From a virus: 64,000 bases of DNA. The notes under the pieces are model-generated. The model was not told the DNA's origin and made no database searches. It worked only from the letters and a program-made list of their open reading frames with translations. Each line of letters opens with the position of its first letter. Within the stretch, counting starts at the first letter, position 1. The position numbers were made by a program, and so were the translations under genes. The stretch spans positions 72,877-136,876 of the IMG/VR virus record IMGVR_UViG_3300046744_000381. The stretch is one strand, 5' to 3'. Positions 48,141 to 59,700 of this stretch are shown one piece after another.

Positions 48141-51100
48141 ATGGATTATTTTAAGAGACAGTCGTTACATAGCAGGTTAATAGGAGACACTAGTGTAACA
48201 TTAACAGCAGATGGCGAAGTCTTAATCGAACCAAGCGGTCGCAAGGTTACGATTGACGGCGACTTAGTTGTTACAGGAAACGCAAGCGGTTCTGAAGTTA
48301 CTGACATACTTTATGTTACCCAAGACGGTAATGATTTAAATGACGGTAAAAGTTTAGGACCAGACGGAGCGAAAGCAACAATTAAAAGTGCTGTCGCTTC
48401 ATCAAGCCCGGGTACTACAATTCTTGTAGGACCAGGAGATTTCTATGAATCAAATCCAATAACTCTACCAGATTTTGTTACTATTAGAGGTACTGGTGAT
48501 TTAAGAAATACTAGAATTTTCCCAAGAAATAATACGCAAACTATTTTCTATATGGGAAATGGTTGTTACTTACACGAACTTACTATGAGAGGGTTAAGAT
48601 ATCCAGGATGGTGTGCTGAAATACGAGAAGGCGCACTTGTAACAACATCACCATATATACAAAACTGTACAAATATGAATGGTCCTTGGTTGAATGACGG
48701 CACAGAATTTATTCCATTCGAAACAGTGCAGATACCAGGAATTGAACCTGGTGCTAAACCATTAATGGTTGAAGATTATCCTGCTTTACCTTCTGGCAAA
48801 CAAGTTAATGACACAGGCGGCGGTGGCGGCCTATATGTTGACGGTAATCAATATGATCCTGCATCACTTGTGTTTAGTTTTGTTGCAGATGCATTTACAC
48901 AAATTGCACAAGGCGGAGTTGGCTTTTGGATTGATAATTTTGGTTACACACAAATTGTTAGTTGTTTCTCAGTATTCTGTAGTGTTGGTTTTAAAACCAC
49001 ACGAGGCGGCTATCTATCTATTTCAAACTCTGTAAGTGACTTTGGATTAAAAGGTATTGAAGCAGACGGATTCTATCCACAAGCATATACAACTGCCAGA
49101 CCACAGCAAGATTATTTTAGTACTGTTGCAAGTGTTACAATTAATACACCTGGTGCAAATTATACTTCTGCTCCTACTGTTGTAATAGAAGGACCATCAA
49201 AAGTTGGAGGCGTAACAGCGACTGCCACTGCATCAATAGACACTACTTCAGGAAAACTAGCTGCTGTTACAATACAACAAGCAGGTAGCGGTTATACTAG
49301 TGTCCCTTTAATTTCATTTAGTGGAGGCGGAGCAACTGCTCAAGCCACAGGCACAATTAATCTTGCCTCTAATGTCACAGTAACCCTAAACAGTTTAAGA
49401 GACAAACCACAAACAGGTAGTATAATTAAATTTGAAGGTGACCCTCTTTATTATTATATTACTGGAACTAATCAAATTAATCCACCTTTTGTTTATGATG
49501 AGGTAGTATGTAGAAGAGATTTACGTAGGATTATTGACGCTGTCACTGCTGATATTGTTTTAGGCACAAGTTATCAATCACAAGCAGCAGCAACAAGTTA
49601 CTTGAGAGCAACATCAAGTAAAGTATTATCAGATCAATTGGCACCAACTGTTTTTGGTATTGAATCGGCTAGAGACGGAATGAAGGCCGAAACTACTAAT
49701 CTAGCAATGGAAGAGCAAATTGATTATTTGTTTAACATAATTACAAGCACAATTAATGAAGGGGACAGTAGTGTACAGCCCGATAATCAAAATGATATTG
49801 CTAATACACTAAACGATCTGAATACTATCGACCCTGCAAGAATTGCTGCAAAAAATAATGTTTTAGAAAATAGAGAGTTTATAGTAGAAGAAGTTGCAGC
49901 ATATGTTAATGATCAGTTTACTGAACTAAGTTATAACCAAGCTGATTATACTAGTGATATGACAACACTTATTAATGGTATTCAAATGTTTGCAGCGTTA
50001 GAAAGTAACCAGCAAATTATTAGACTTGCTCAAGAATACGAAGTACGCACTAGATTCAAACCAATGTTGTTGTCTAGTTTTAGATTCCTAAGCGAAAAAT
50101 TTGAAGCACTAGCCGAAGTACAAGCAAGTACAATTGCATTAACAAATGTTAAAGAAGGCTTCAACCAGTTTATGAATATTATTGATGATGGTGATAGTTC
50201 GGCAAATGTAATTGTATTTCCTGAACACGCAGGAGTTGATAGCAATAGAGCAGATGCTAAAGATCAATTACAAGCAAACAAAAACTTTTTGACAACAGAA
50301 TTTACAACTTTTCTAGCAGCAGAAGCTCCAGGATTTAGTTTTGATGTGGATAATTACAAATTAGATTTTGAAAGAATAATCGATGCTATGACCTTTGACG
50401 TCCTGTACAACGGTAATAGTAGTACAGTTTTAGAAGCTAGATATTATTTTGATAATGGTGCAGACGGAACTTTATTTTCAGATTTAACACCTAATGATAG
50501 AAATGCTATCGTACAATCATATGCACGTATGAGATTTGTAATAGGTAGAGTAGCTAGAGGTTTAGCTGTAACAGCTACAACCGGTAATGGCGTTAGTCAA
50601 GATTTTACAAGCAACAATGCAACACAGAGTGAAGCTGATTTTCTAGATACATTATTGTTTAACATTGAAGATATGATAGATAATGTAACACTAGATAGAT
50701 TGCCTTCAACTTTAACATATCCAACATACGGGGACGAACCTGCGTTACAGGTAGATGCTGCAAATATTATTGAAGCTAGACGTAACGGTTTTATTACTGA
50801 TGCTATATCATATAATTTAGCAAATAATCCAACACTTACATACAATCAAGATAAATGTAAAAGAGATATCGGTTACTTGGTTGATGGAATTAATCGTGAC
50901 ATACTATTAGGTACTAATCATAATAGTATACAGGCAGCTACAGCATATAAACGTGCAAATGTTGCATATCTAAATTCAGAACAAAAACCAGCTACAATTC
51001 TTTCATTAAAATATGCAAAAACATTAGGAATAGCAGCAGTTACAACTAATGATTTAATCAGAGACGATGTTTCAGCAAAATGGGATATAATTCTTGATAT

Positions 51101-54100
51101 TATAGAATTTGATCAATTACCTAGTGTAGGTATTGAATACCCGGATCCTGGTCCTGCAAGTAATGAACTAATTTATGGAGTTGATCAAGTTCTTGCAAAT
51201 AAAGCATTTTTACAAGAAGAAACTGTACAATTTATTAACAATCAATATTTTGTATACAATAGTGCTAAGTGTGAAAGAGATACCGGACTTATTATTGATG
51301 CAGCAGCATATGACACATTGCTTGGTACAAACTACAATGCAGTTACAGCAGGATTATCATATCAAAGAGCAAACAGTGCATATGTTTTAAGTGATCAAAA
51401 TACAGAAACAATCGGCGGTATTAATTTTGCAAAAAGTAGATCCAGTGATGCAACAACACATTCGCCCTCGCAATCAGATGTTGAAGCAGCATTTGACGAA
51501 GTAATTGATATTATACAAAACGGTGCAGTAAGCACACCGCAGGCTGCTGATCCACTTACATTTACAGATCCATCAACTGCATCAACAGCCGAAATAAACA
51601 CAAAATCTCAATTACAAAATAATAGAAATTTTATTGCTGCTGAAACAGTTGCTTACATAAATGAGAATTACGTTAATTTTACATATGACAGTTCAAAATG
51701 TGAAAGAGATATTGGATTAATATTAGATGCAATATCAAAAGATGTTGCACTAGGAACAAACTATAATACTGTAACAGCAGGATTAGCCTACTCAAGAGCC
51801 ACCGCTGCAACTAACAAAGCAGCACAAGGTTTACAAACACTCGAATCATTTAAGTTTGCACGTAAAGAAACAATCGAAAAAGGATTAAGTGATACTGGAG
51901 AAGCAAGGGCATTAGCATCGTGGAATGAAGTTATAGATATATTTGAAAATGGCGTTGTTAGTACAGATACCGCAGCCGATGCTATAACATTTACTACTCC
52001 GGTTGGTGCAAGCCAAGATCTAGAAGATGCAAAAGATCAATTACAAGCAAATAGAGATTTTATTGCAGCTGAGATTGTTGCATATGTAAATGATAACACA
52101 CCGCCGGCAGGTTATAATCAAACTAAATGCAATCGTGATGTAAAATATATTGTAGATGGTTTATCACACGATATACTTTATGGTGGTAACTCAGCAACTA
52201 GACTAGTAGCAGCTAGTTATTTTGAAGGTGCAGTAGCACAACTTCCTGTAAACCAGCTAACACCAACTACTAATGCCTATACACACTTAAAAGATACTGT
52301 GATTCCAGCAATTATCACAAATACTCCACTAACACCTACAACTGGCAACACTGAAACTCAAGACACCACAAACGGTGCAGCAACCGCAACAGAAAGTGCA
52401 GCACTTGAATTATTGGTAGATATTATTATTGATCACATAAATGGCTACGATAATGTTAATCCGTTAGGTGACGAAGTATTACCAAGTGTTACTTGGTCTA
52501 CATCAGAACTGCAACAAGATTACAGCACTATTGTTGCACAGAAGTCAAGTATACAAAGTTTGACAACACAGTTTATTGCAGACACTTTTACTGGATTCAA
52601 CTTTAATAGCACAAAATGCGATAGAGATACAAAGTATATTGTTGATGCATTAACATATGATATATTATACGGTGGCAATAGTGCTACGCTTAATGCTGCA
52701 CGTAGCTATTGGGTAGGTACACAAACACAAGTTGAAGGACAAAAAGCAGAAACTGCAACAGCGTTAGAATATACAGCAACTATATTAAATAAAATTATAC
52801 AAGATCAAGCAGTTGATTATACTTGGCAATCAAGTGAAGCACAAGATACAACTGCTGGTGCAGGAACTACAACAGAAGCAGCAACCGCAGCTAACTTGTT
52901 GCAAATTATACAAGATGTTATAACTGACGGTCTAGATAATTTGCCTACAGAAGTCAAGCCAGATTATGCAACATTTGCAAATGCAGATGTGATTGCTGGA
53001 GTTAATAATTTATTAACAGAAAAAGATACTATTGTAGCAGATACAATTACCTATATTAACACAACTTATAATGGATTTAGCTATGATCAAGAAGTATGTA
53101 AAAGAGACACAGGCTATATTATTGATGCTATTGTACACGATGCTTTCTACGAAGCAAACATTAGCACACTAATAGCAACTCGTGCATACTTCCTAGGTAG
53201 TACACAATACTTGCCAAATGAACAAGTTGCTCCTACAGTAGCAGCATACAACCATTTACAAAGTGTAATTGATGATACTATTCAAGGTGTAGCAGTTATT
53301 CCACAGTCAGGAAATAGTCTATCACAAGTATTGAGCGGCAATTACGGAAATGCAGCAGTAGGAACAACATTTACAAATTTGATTGGTATATTAAAAACAG
53401 CAATAACTAATCAAACTTTAATTGGAACACCGGCTGAAATTGAACCTAATTATACCTGGATTAACCAAGCAACTAGAGACGCAGCAGAATCATTTTTTGT
53501 ACAAAAATCGTATTATGAAACAGAAACAATCAAATACATTGAACAAAATATTTTAGGATTCTCATATAATATTGATAAGTGTAAAAGAGATACAGGTTAT
53601 ATTATTGATGCAGCAATATACGATATGATGTATGGTGGTGATAAACAATCTCGTCGAGCAGCATTAGCATATTATAATGGTGCGATACTTACTGGTATAA
53701 CAGGCGATTATGGAGATCAAACGGGTATCACAGCATATGCAAATAAGTATCTTGCTTCAATTGTAAACAAAGTTTCAAAAAATGAAACAGTTACAAAAAG
53801 TTTTGGTAACCCAGCAACACAACTACTAACCATACCAGATGGAAGTACATTATTAGAAACTGGTGAACTTCCTGGAGCCGAACTAGAATTATTAATTGCT
53901 AGGGTTGCTGATGCAATTGAAGCAAAAACAATGGGCGATTGGTTTGAAAGAGAGCACAATTTAACATTAGGTAATTCAATATTTTTACAAGAACGAAATG
54001 CAATACTTGATGCTGAAGACGATATTGTTGATAATGCCATTAGTTCATTAAACTTAGTATACGGTGGTATTTTTGATATCAACGTATTCCCTGGTGTTAT

Positions 54101-56633
54101 TAGTGTAACCACAGATAAACTTGCAGATTTAAATAATGTTAGTACTGTTAGTACAAGTGGACACGCATTTGAGTATGTCGGTGCTGGTATAACCTACAAT
54201 GCACTTCCATTCTTTGGCGGTACAGCAATACCTGAAACTGAGATTGTAGAATCAAATCAAGGTAAAATATTTGCTGGTGGTACAGTTGACCAAATTGGTA
54301 ACTTTAGAGTTGGTAACTTCTTTGCTGTTAATGCACTTACAGGTGGTATCAGCTTAAATGCTAATGAAATTGACCTAGAAGGTTTGACAAGTGTTGGTCC
54401 GTTTATTAGAAACGGTATTCCAGTTGGTGTTGAATTAAAAGAGGTTAGTGACAACGAAGCATTGTTATCAAGTTTAGGCACACAAGATTTCCAAACAGCA
54501 CCTACACAAAGAGCTGTTTCAAATTATGTTGAAGCAAGATACTTGAACAAAACAACAGGCGGTGATATTGTTGGCGATGTAAGTATGACAGGAGACTTAG
54601 CAGTCAACGGTGATGCAATTACAAGTACAAATACAAGTTTTGAATTCCTTAATACAGGTGTACAAAGCATAGATATGTTAGCTGCGGCAACCACTATTAA
54701 TATTGGTGCTGCAACAGGTACTGTTACAATTAATCCAGATGTTACAATAGAAGGTGTTCTAACTGTTAACGGAAACTTAGTATTTGACGGTGATGTTAAT
54801 ATTAGTATACCAGATGAAACATTACAAGCATATAGTATTACTGAAGGCACTGAAGATTATATAAGCATCAATACTAGAGAAGGTGAAGAAGCAATTACAT
54901 TTGGTGAGCAGCCAAGTGTTATTATTGCCAACCAAACAATATCAACAAGCAAAGACACTGGTGCATTAGTTGTAGACGGCGGTGTTGGTGTTGAAGGCAG
55001 TGTGTTTATAAACACTGATTTAACTGTTACTGCAAACGCAAACCTAGGTGCAGATAGAACTACATCCGAACATACTGTTTCAGGTAAAATAGATATCGAT
55101 ATTCCAGATGATAGTATTAATAATTTTAGAATACACGAAAACATCAGTGAATATGTAAACATCTATACTACAGATGGTGATGAACAAATTCTTTTAGGTA
55201 GTACACCTAAATTAATTATTCTAAACAACACAAACGCTACAGATAACACAACTGGTGCTGTACAAGTCACTGGTGGTATAAGTGCTCAACAAAATATACA
55301 TTCGGGTATTGACGTTGTAGCAGATCGTGATTTGATTGCTGATAGAAATGCTAAAATTAACGGTAGTAATATCACAACCGATTCTACCTCATTTGATGTA
55401 ATAAACACAGTAGCAACAACTGTAAATGCGTTTGGTGATGCTACTACACTTAACATAGGTGGTGCTACTGGCACAATGACAATTGGCAATGAAGTTGTTA
55501 TTATAGATAGTGTAGCAGGTTTACAGATTCCGGTAGGTACTACTTCCGATCGTCCAACTAATGTTACAGGTAGAATCAGATTTAACACTAGTTTAAATGC
55601 ATTTGAAGGTTATGATGGTATAGCTTGGAATACTTTAGGCGGAGTAATTGATGTAGATCAAGATACGAAAATTGTTGCCGAAGATAATCCTGGTGCAGAC
55701 AATGACGAACTAGACTTCTTTACTGGAGGTGTACTTAGAGCTACATTGAGCAGTACATCTTTTGATATTGCAGCAACAAACACTTTAAGTATCGCAAATG
55801 TTACAGAAAGCGAATCAACAACAACAGGTGCATTAACAGTAGCAGGTGGTGTAGGCATTAGTAAAAACTTGCACGTAAATGGATACATTAACGGCAACAC
55901 AAATGGTATACTAACAATTGGTAACTTAGGTAGTGATAAAATCATTATCAAAGGCGAAACAATCGAAACACCTGATACTATAAAACTTATTGCTAATGCT
56001 CCTGACAGTGCAGCTGACGACATTGTATATCCGATGACATTTGCACATCATACAATAAGTGGTGCTATTGTTGCAGGGTCTGGTACAGGTATTAAGTTTG
56101 AATTAGAAACAACAAATGACAATTTTGAAATCGGCGGCCAAATTGAAATAGTATCTCAAGACATTACAGGGTCACAAGAAGACTTTGATATGGTGTTTAG
56201 AACAATGGATGCTGGTAGTACAGGTGTAGAAAAACTACGTTTGAGTGAAACTACAAGTACATTTAGTACAAACGTTCAAGTTGATCAAAACTTATTTGTA
56301 ACTGGTATACTTGATGCAGCAGGATTTAGAGGTAGTATATTTGCAGATGATAGTACCGAAATGCTTGATGCAATTAACAACAAAATTACTGTAACTGATA
56401 TAGCTGCTGGTACACTTTCACTTACTACTGATTTAGAAGTTATACACGGTGGTACAGGCGTAAGTACACTTACCGAAGATGGTATTATGTATGGTGCAGG
56501 AACAGGAACAGTGCAAGTTACAGCAGCAGCTGGTACAGCAGATGCTTCAGAAACATTCCAAGTACTTACTGTAACAAGCGATTCAGATGCGACTCCAATT
56601 TGGTCTGACACTATAGATGGTGGTAGCTTCTAA
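48141..56633 (+). CDS. Giant virion fibre/appendage protein: beta-helix, 10 phycobiliprotein-like (globin-fold) repeats and a fibre shaft (2830 aa)
   Basis: YVxxDGNDxNDG...KATIKSA start; SPYIQN/DAFTQ/QIVSCF beta-helix motifs; repeats of Yxxx(K)CxRDxxxIxDAxxxDxxxGxN; TGALxVxGGVG shaft repeats; C-terminal IDGGSF. Confidence 0.75.
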   Translation: MDYFKRQSLHSRLIGDTSVTLTADGEVLIEPSGRKVTIDGDLVVTGNASGSEVTDILYVTQDGNDLNDGKSLGPDGAKATIKSAVASSSPGTTILVGPGDFYESNPITLPDFVTIRGTGDLRNTRIFPRNNTQTIFYMGNGCYLHELTMRGLRYPGWCAEIREGALVTTSPYIQNCTNMNGPWLNDGTEFIPFETVQIPGIEPGAKPLMVEDYPALPSGKQVNDTGGGGGLYVDGNQYDPASLVFSFVADAFTQIAQGGVGFWIDNFGYTQIVSCFSVFCSVGFKTTRGGYLSISNSVSDFGLKGIEADGFYPQAYTTARPQQDYFSTVASVTINTPGANYTSAPTVVIEGPSKVGGVTATATASIDTTSGKLAAVTIQQAGSGYTSVPLISFSGGGATAQATGTINLASNVTVTLNSLRDKPQTGSIIKFEGDPLYYYITGTNQINPPFVYDEVVCRRDLRRIIDAVTADIVLGTSYQSQAAATSYLRATSSKVLSDQLAPTVFGIESARDGMKAETTNLAMEEQIDYLFNIITSTINEGDSSVQPDNQNDIANTLNDLNTIDPARIAAKNNVLENREFIVEEVAAYVNDQFTELSYNQADYTSDMTTLINGIQMFAALESNQQIIRLAQEYEVRTRFKPMLLSSFRFLSEKFEALAEVQASTIALTNVKEGFNQFMNIIDDGDSSANVIVFPEHAGVDSNRADAKDQLQANKNFLTTEFTTFLAAEAPGFSFDVDNYKLDFERIIDAMTFDVLYNGNSSTVLEARYYFDNGADGTLFSDLTPNDRNAIVQSYARMRFVIGRVARGLAVTATTGNGVSQDFTSNNATQSEADFLDTLLFNIEDMIDNVTLDRLPSTLTYPTYGDEPALQVDAANIIEARRNGFITDAISYNLANNPTLTYNQDKCKRDIGYLVDGINRDILLGTNHNSIQAATAYKRANVAYLNSEQKPATILSLKYAKTLGIAAVTTNDLIRDDVSAKWDIILDIIEFDQLPSVGIEYPDPGPASNELIYGVDQVLANKAFLQEETVQFINNQYFVYNSAKCERDTGLIIDAAAYDTLLGTNYNAVTAGLSYQRANSAYVLSDQNTETIGGINFAKSRSSDATTHSPSQSDVEAAFDEVIDIIQNGAVSTPQAADPLTFTDPSTASTAEINTKSQLQNNRNFIAAETVAYINENYVNFTYDSSKCERDIGLILDAISKDVALGTNYNTVTAGLAYSRATAATNKAAQGLQTLESFKFARKETIEKGLSDTGEARALASWNEVIDIFENGVVSTDTAADAITFTTPVGASQDLEDAKDQLQANRDFIAAEIVAYVNDNTPPAGYNQTKCNRDVKYIVDGLSHDILYGGNSATRLVAASYFEGAVAQLPVNQLTPTTNAYTHLKDTVIPAIITNTPLTPTTGNTETQDTTNGAATATESAALELLVDIIIDHINGYDNVNPLGDEVLPSVTWSTSELQQDYSTIVAQKSSIQSLTTQFIADTFTGFNFNSTKCDRDTKYIVDALTYDILYGGNSATLNAARSYWVGTQTQVEGQKAETATALEYTATILNKIIQDQAVDYTWQSSEAQDTTAGAGTTTEAATAANLLQIIQDVITDGLDNLPTEVKPDYATFANADVIAGVNNLLTEKDTIVADTITYINTTYNGFSYDQEVCKRDTGYIIDAIVHDAFYEANISTLIATRAYFLGSTQYLPNEQVAPTVAAYNHLQSVIDDTIQGVAVIPQSGNSLSQVLSGNYGNAAVGTTFTNLIGILKTAITNQTLIGTPAEIEPNYTWINQATRDAAESFFVQKSYYETETIKYIEQNILGFSYNIDKCKRDTGYIIDAAIYDMMYGGDKQSRRAALAYYNGAILTGITGDYGDQTGITAYANKYLASIVNKVSKNETVTKSFGNPATQLLTIPDGSTLLETGELPGAELELLIARVADAIEAKTMGDWFEREHNLTLGNSIFLQERNAILDAEDDIVDNAISSLNLVYGGIFDINVFPGVISVTTDKLADLNNVSTVSTSGHAFEYVGAGITYNALPFFGGTAIPETEIVESNQGKIFAGGTVDQIGNFRVGNFFAVNALTGGISLNANEIDLEGLTSVGPFIRNGIPVGVELKEVSDNEALLSSLGTQDFQTAPTQRAVSNYVEARYLNKTTGGDIVGDVSMTGDLAVNGDAITSTNTSFEFLNTGVQSIDMLAAATTINIGAATGTVTINPDVTIEGVLTVNGNLVFDGDVNISIPDETLQAYSITEGTEDYISINTREGEEAITFGEQPSVIIANQTISTSKDTGALVVDGGVGVEGSVFINTDLTVTANANLGADRTTSEHTVSGKIDIDIPDDSINNFRIHENISEYVNIYTTDGDEQILLGSTPKLIILNNTNATDNTTGAVQVTGGISAQQNIHSGIDVVADRDLIADRNAKINGSNITTDSTSFDVINTVATTVNAFGDATTLNIGGATGTMTIGNEVVIIDSVAGLQIPVGTTSDRPTNVTGRIRFNTSLNAFEGYDGIAWNTLGGVIDVDQDTKIVAEDNPGADNDELDFFTGGVLRATLSSTSFDIAATNTLSIANVTESESTTTGALTVAGGVGISKNLHVNGYINGNTNGILTIGNLGSDKIIIKGETIETPDTIKLIANAPDSAADDIVYPMTFAHHTISGAIVAGSGTGIKFELETTNDNFEIGGQIEIVSQDITGSQEDFDMVFRTMDAGSTGVEKLRLSETTSTFSTNVQVDQNLFVTGILDAAGFRGSIFADDSTEMLDAINNKITVTDIAAGTLSLTTDLEVIHGGTGVSTLTEDGIMYGAGTGTVQVTAAAGTADASETFQVLTVTSDSDATPIWSDTIDGGSF

Positions 56634-56649
56634 TAAAGCTGCCACTTTT
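56620..56649 (+). terminator. Probable terminator overlapping the stop codon
   Basis: GTGGTAGCTT (56620-29) pairs with AAGCTGCCAC (56636-45), followed by TTTT. Confidence 0.65.
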
Positions 56650-56740
56650 ACTCCTATCATAAATAACAATAGAACGATTTATATCGTGTTACTGGGCGTC
56701 TTTATAGACTTGACCCGTACCTAAATAGGAGGCAGCCTTT

Positions 56741-59700
56741 ATGGCAACAAAGATTAGACACAAGCGTAGTGCGGTGGCTGGTAAACAGCCGTTAGTTTCT
56801 CAATTAGAATCAGGTGAATTAGCAATCAACACAGCAGATGGTAAAGTATACCTATTGCGTGATGATAACACTGTACAAGATATTACAAGAAGAGTATTTG
56901 AAGGAAATACACAATTAGAAGTAGATGACTTAGGTGATAGTACATCAGCTGCAATTACTGCAACTGTTAACAACGACTTAAAAATGTCAGTTACTGATAA
57001 TGGTATATTTTTAAACGATGATATTAGTATTAATAATGCAAATACATTAACGTTCAAAGAACTTACAGGTTCTGGTGCTGATGGTATTTCATTAAAATCT
57101 CCGGATACGCTTGACGCAGGGTACAACCTTACATTGCCTCCACAAGTAGGTACTACTGGTCAGCTTATAGCTACAGACGCACAAGGAAATTTATTCTTCC
57201 AAGATGCAGATATTTTCGGCGGTAACGTTGTTTATGTTAGTGCCGAACAAGGCGATGATGCAAACGATGGTCAAAGTGCTCCAGTTAAAACTGTAAAACG
57301 TGCGTGTCAAATTGCTTCAGGTTTGATTTACAATGCCGATGGCACTACTAATGGTACACGAGTAAACGTAAAAGTTGCAGTTGGTGACTATACCGAGGAC
57401 AACCCTATTATTGTTCCAGATAACACAGTTATCAAAGGTGACGGTTTGCGTGGTTGTATTATTCGTCCTGCAAACGCTAACAGAGATATTTTACGTGTTA
57501 GAAATGCTTGTTACTTTGGTGAATTTACATTCCGTGATGGCGTCGACGAAAATCAAGTTCCTTTAATTACTGCTGATTATGCTGTGGCATTTGATGATCC
57601 GTTTGATGCTAATATTACTGATCGTGCTGATTATACAAACTTGCCTGACACAAGACCTTTTATTACTACTTCACCTTATATTCAAAATGCTTCAATTTTG
57701 TCCTTCTTAGGTATGAATGGTGCAAAAATTGATGGTAGCAAAGTTACTTCACCGAACATTGGTTTTATTCCACAAGAGCAAGAAAATCCAGTAGTTGGCG
57801 CAATACCTGAGCAAGGTAAATCAATGGTTGCCAACGCCTTTACTATTCTATCATTTGGTGGTACAGCGTGGCGACTAACCAACGATGCTTATGCACAGAT
57901 CGTGTCTTGTTTTGAAATCTTCCTACTAAATGGTGTTTATTGTCAGTCAGGTGGTTATTGTTCCATTACTAACTCCGCTACAAACTTTGGATTGTATGCG
58001 TTGAGATCTAGTGGTTATTCACCAAAAGCATTTGAATTTGACCGTGCATTTGTTACAGGTACAGGTGCTTTTGAAGGTTTACAGACAGTTAGTATTGTAG
58101 GTATCAACAGAGATACACCAGTTGAAGAATTTGTTTTACGCTTCAGAGAAGCCGATTATAAAACAGCATACGAAAGATTGCTAGTTGAAAAAGATCAAAT
58201 TGCAGCAGATACTGTTACTTGGATCAATCAACAAATAGCAGCAGCATCGCCAAGTATATGGGCATCATTTGAGTATGATCAAACAAAATGTGCTAGAGAT
58301 GTAGGATTGTTAGTAGATGCTATCAGGTGGGATGCTGCATTTGATACTAATTATAGATCAGTTAGTTCTGCACTTACATATTTTAACGGTAGATTTCCTT
58401 CTGCCTTGTTTGCTGCACAAAAAGCACAACACATAGAAGCATTTACACAAGCAAAATCGTTTACAACTAATATTACACAACAATCTACATATGACTCTCG
58501 TGTTAACGCACTTTGGGACGAAATTATTGAAATTTTAGATAATGACAAAACATTTACACCAACTACAGGAACAACATACGATCCTAACACAGGAATATTA
58601 GTTGCTAATATCGGTGCACACAATCTGACCGTAGGTACATCGATAATTATTGCTGATAATAGTTTGACGTTTACTTGTGCATCAGATGGCAACACTGCTC
58701 AAGTAACATATCCAAGATCAACTGATCCGGCATCAAAAACAGCATTGACAATTTCTGCTGTGACATCTGATACCATTACTGTAAACGTTGGAACAAGTAG
58801 CGAAACATCTGCACATACATTTATAACATCAGCTGCTAATAGTGTTACTATTGAAGGTGTCGGTGTTACTGGACTTACTGATCCAACTGGATATAATAGT
58901 AGCTACCTGGCAGGTTACGGAGATGCCAGAACGCAATTAGAAAGCAACAGAAATTTTCTTATAAAAGAAATTACTGCCTGGATTGCTGTACAAGTTGCTG
59001 GAGAAATATCACCATTTGTATCTACGTTTTCATACGATGTTGCTCAGTGCGAAAATGATATAGGATTAATTTTAGATGCATTGAGATATGATCTAACATA
59101 CGGTGGTAATTTACAAACTTTTGATGCAGCAATACAATATTTTGTTGGTACAACAAAACAACTTGCTGATGGTCAAAAAGATGCAACATTAGCTTCTTAC
59201 GCAAGATTAAAAGAAATTATCGGCCAAGTTATTCTTGAACAAGCGGTAACAGTATCCGCTGGTAATGCTTTGACTCAAGACACATCCGGAACAGCAGGTA
59301 GCAGCGATGCGTCTAATGCTGCAAAAGATAGAATACAAGAAATTATTGATTATGTTGATAGCGATGGTGCAACTCCTCCAACTAAAATTGAACCAGGTAC
59401 AACTTGGGTTTCAGCCGCACTTGTAGAAGATAAAGATAGACTATATCCTGAAGCACAAAAAAATATTGGACAAAATGTTAACGCATACATTGAAACACAA
59501 GTAGATGCTGCACAGTGGTATAACTTTACATACGATAATTCAAAATGTTTACGTGATACAAAACTGATTGTTGAAGCTGTTGCAAAAGATGCTTGGGATA
59601 CAGGTAACAGATATTCACGTAGTGCTGGTTTATCTTACTACAATAAAAACATTGGCGATAGTTCGCAGATTAGTATTAGTGGACAAGAAAGACAAACTAT

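Noticed and set aside
56741-57000. Diversity-generating retroelement suggested by the Mtd_N-like domain
   Set aside because: No reverse transcriptase or template/variable repeat pair was seen in the window; Mtd_N-like domains are common fibre anchors.
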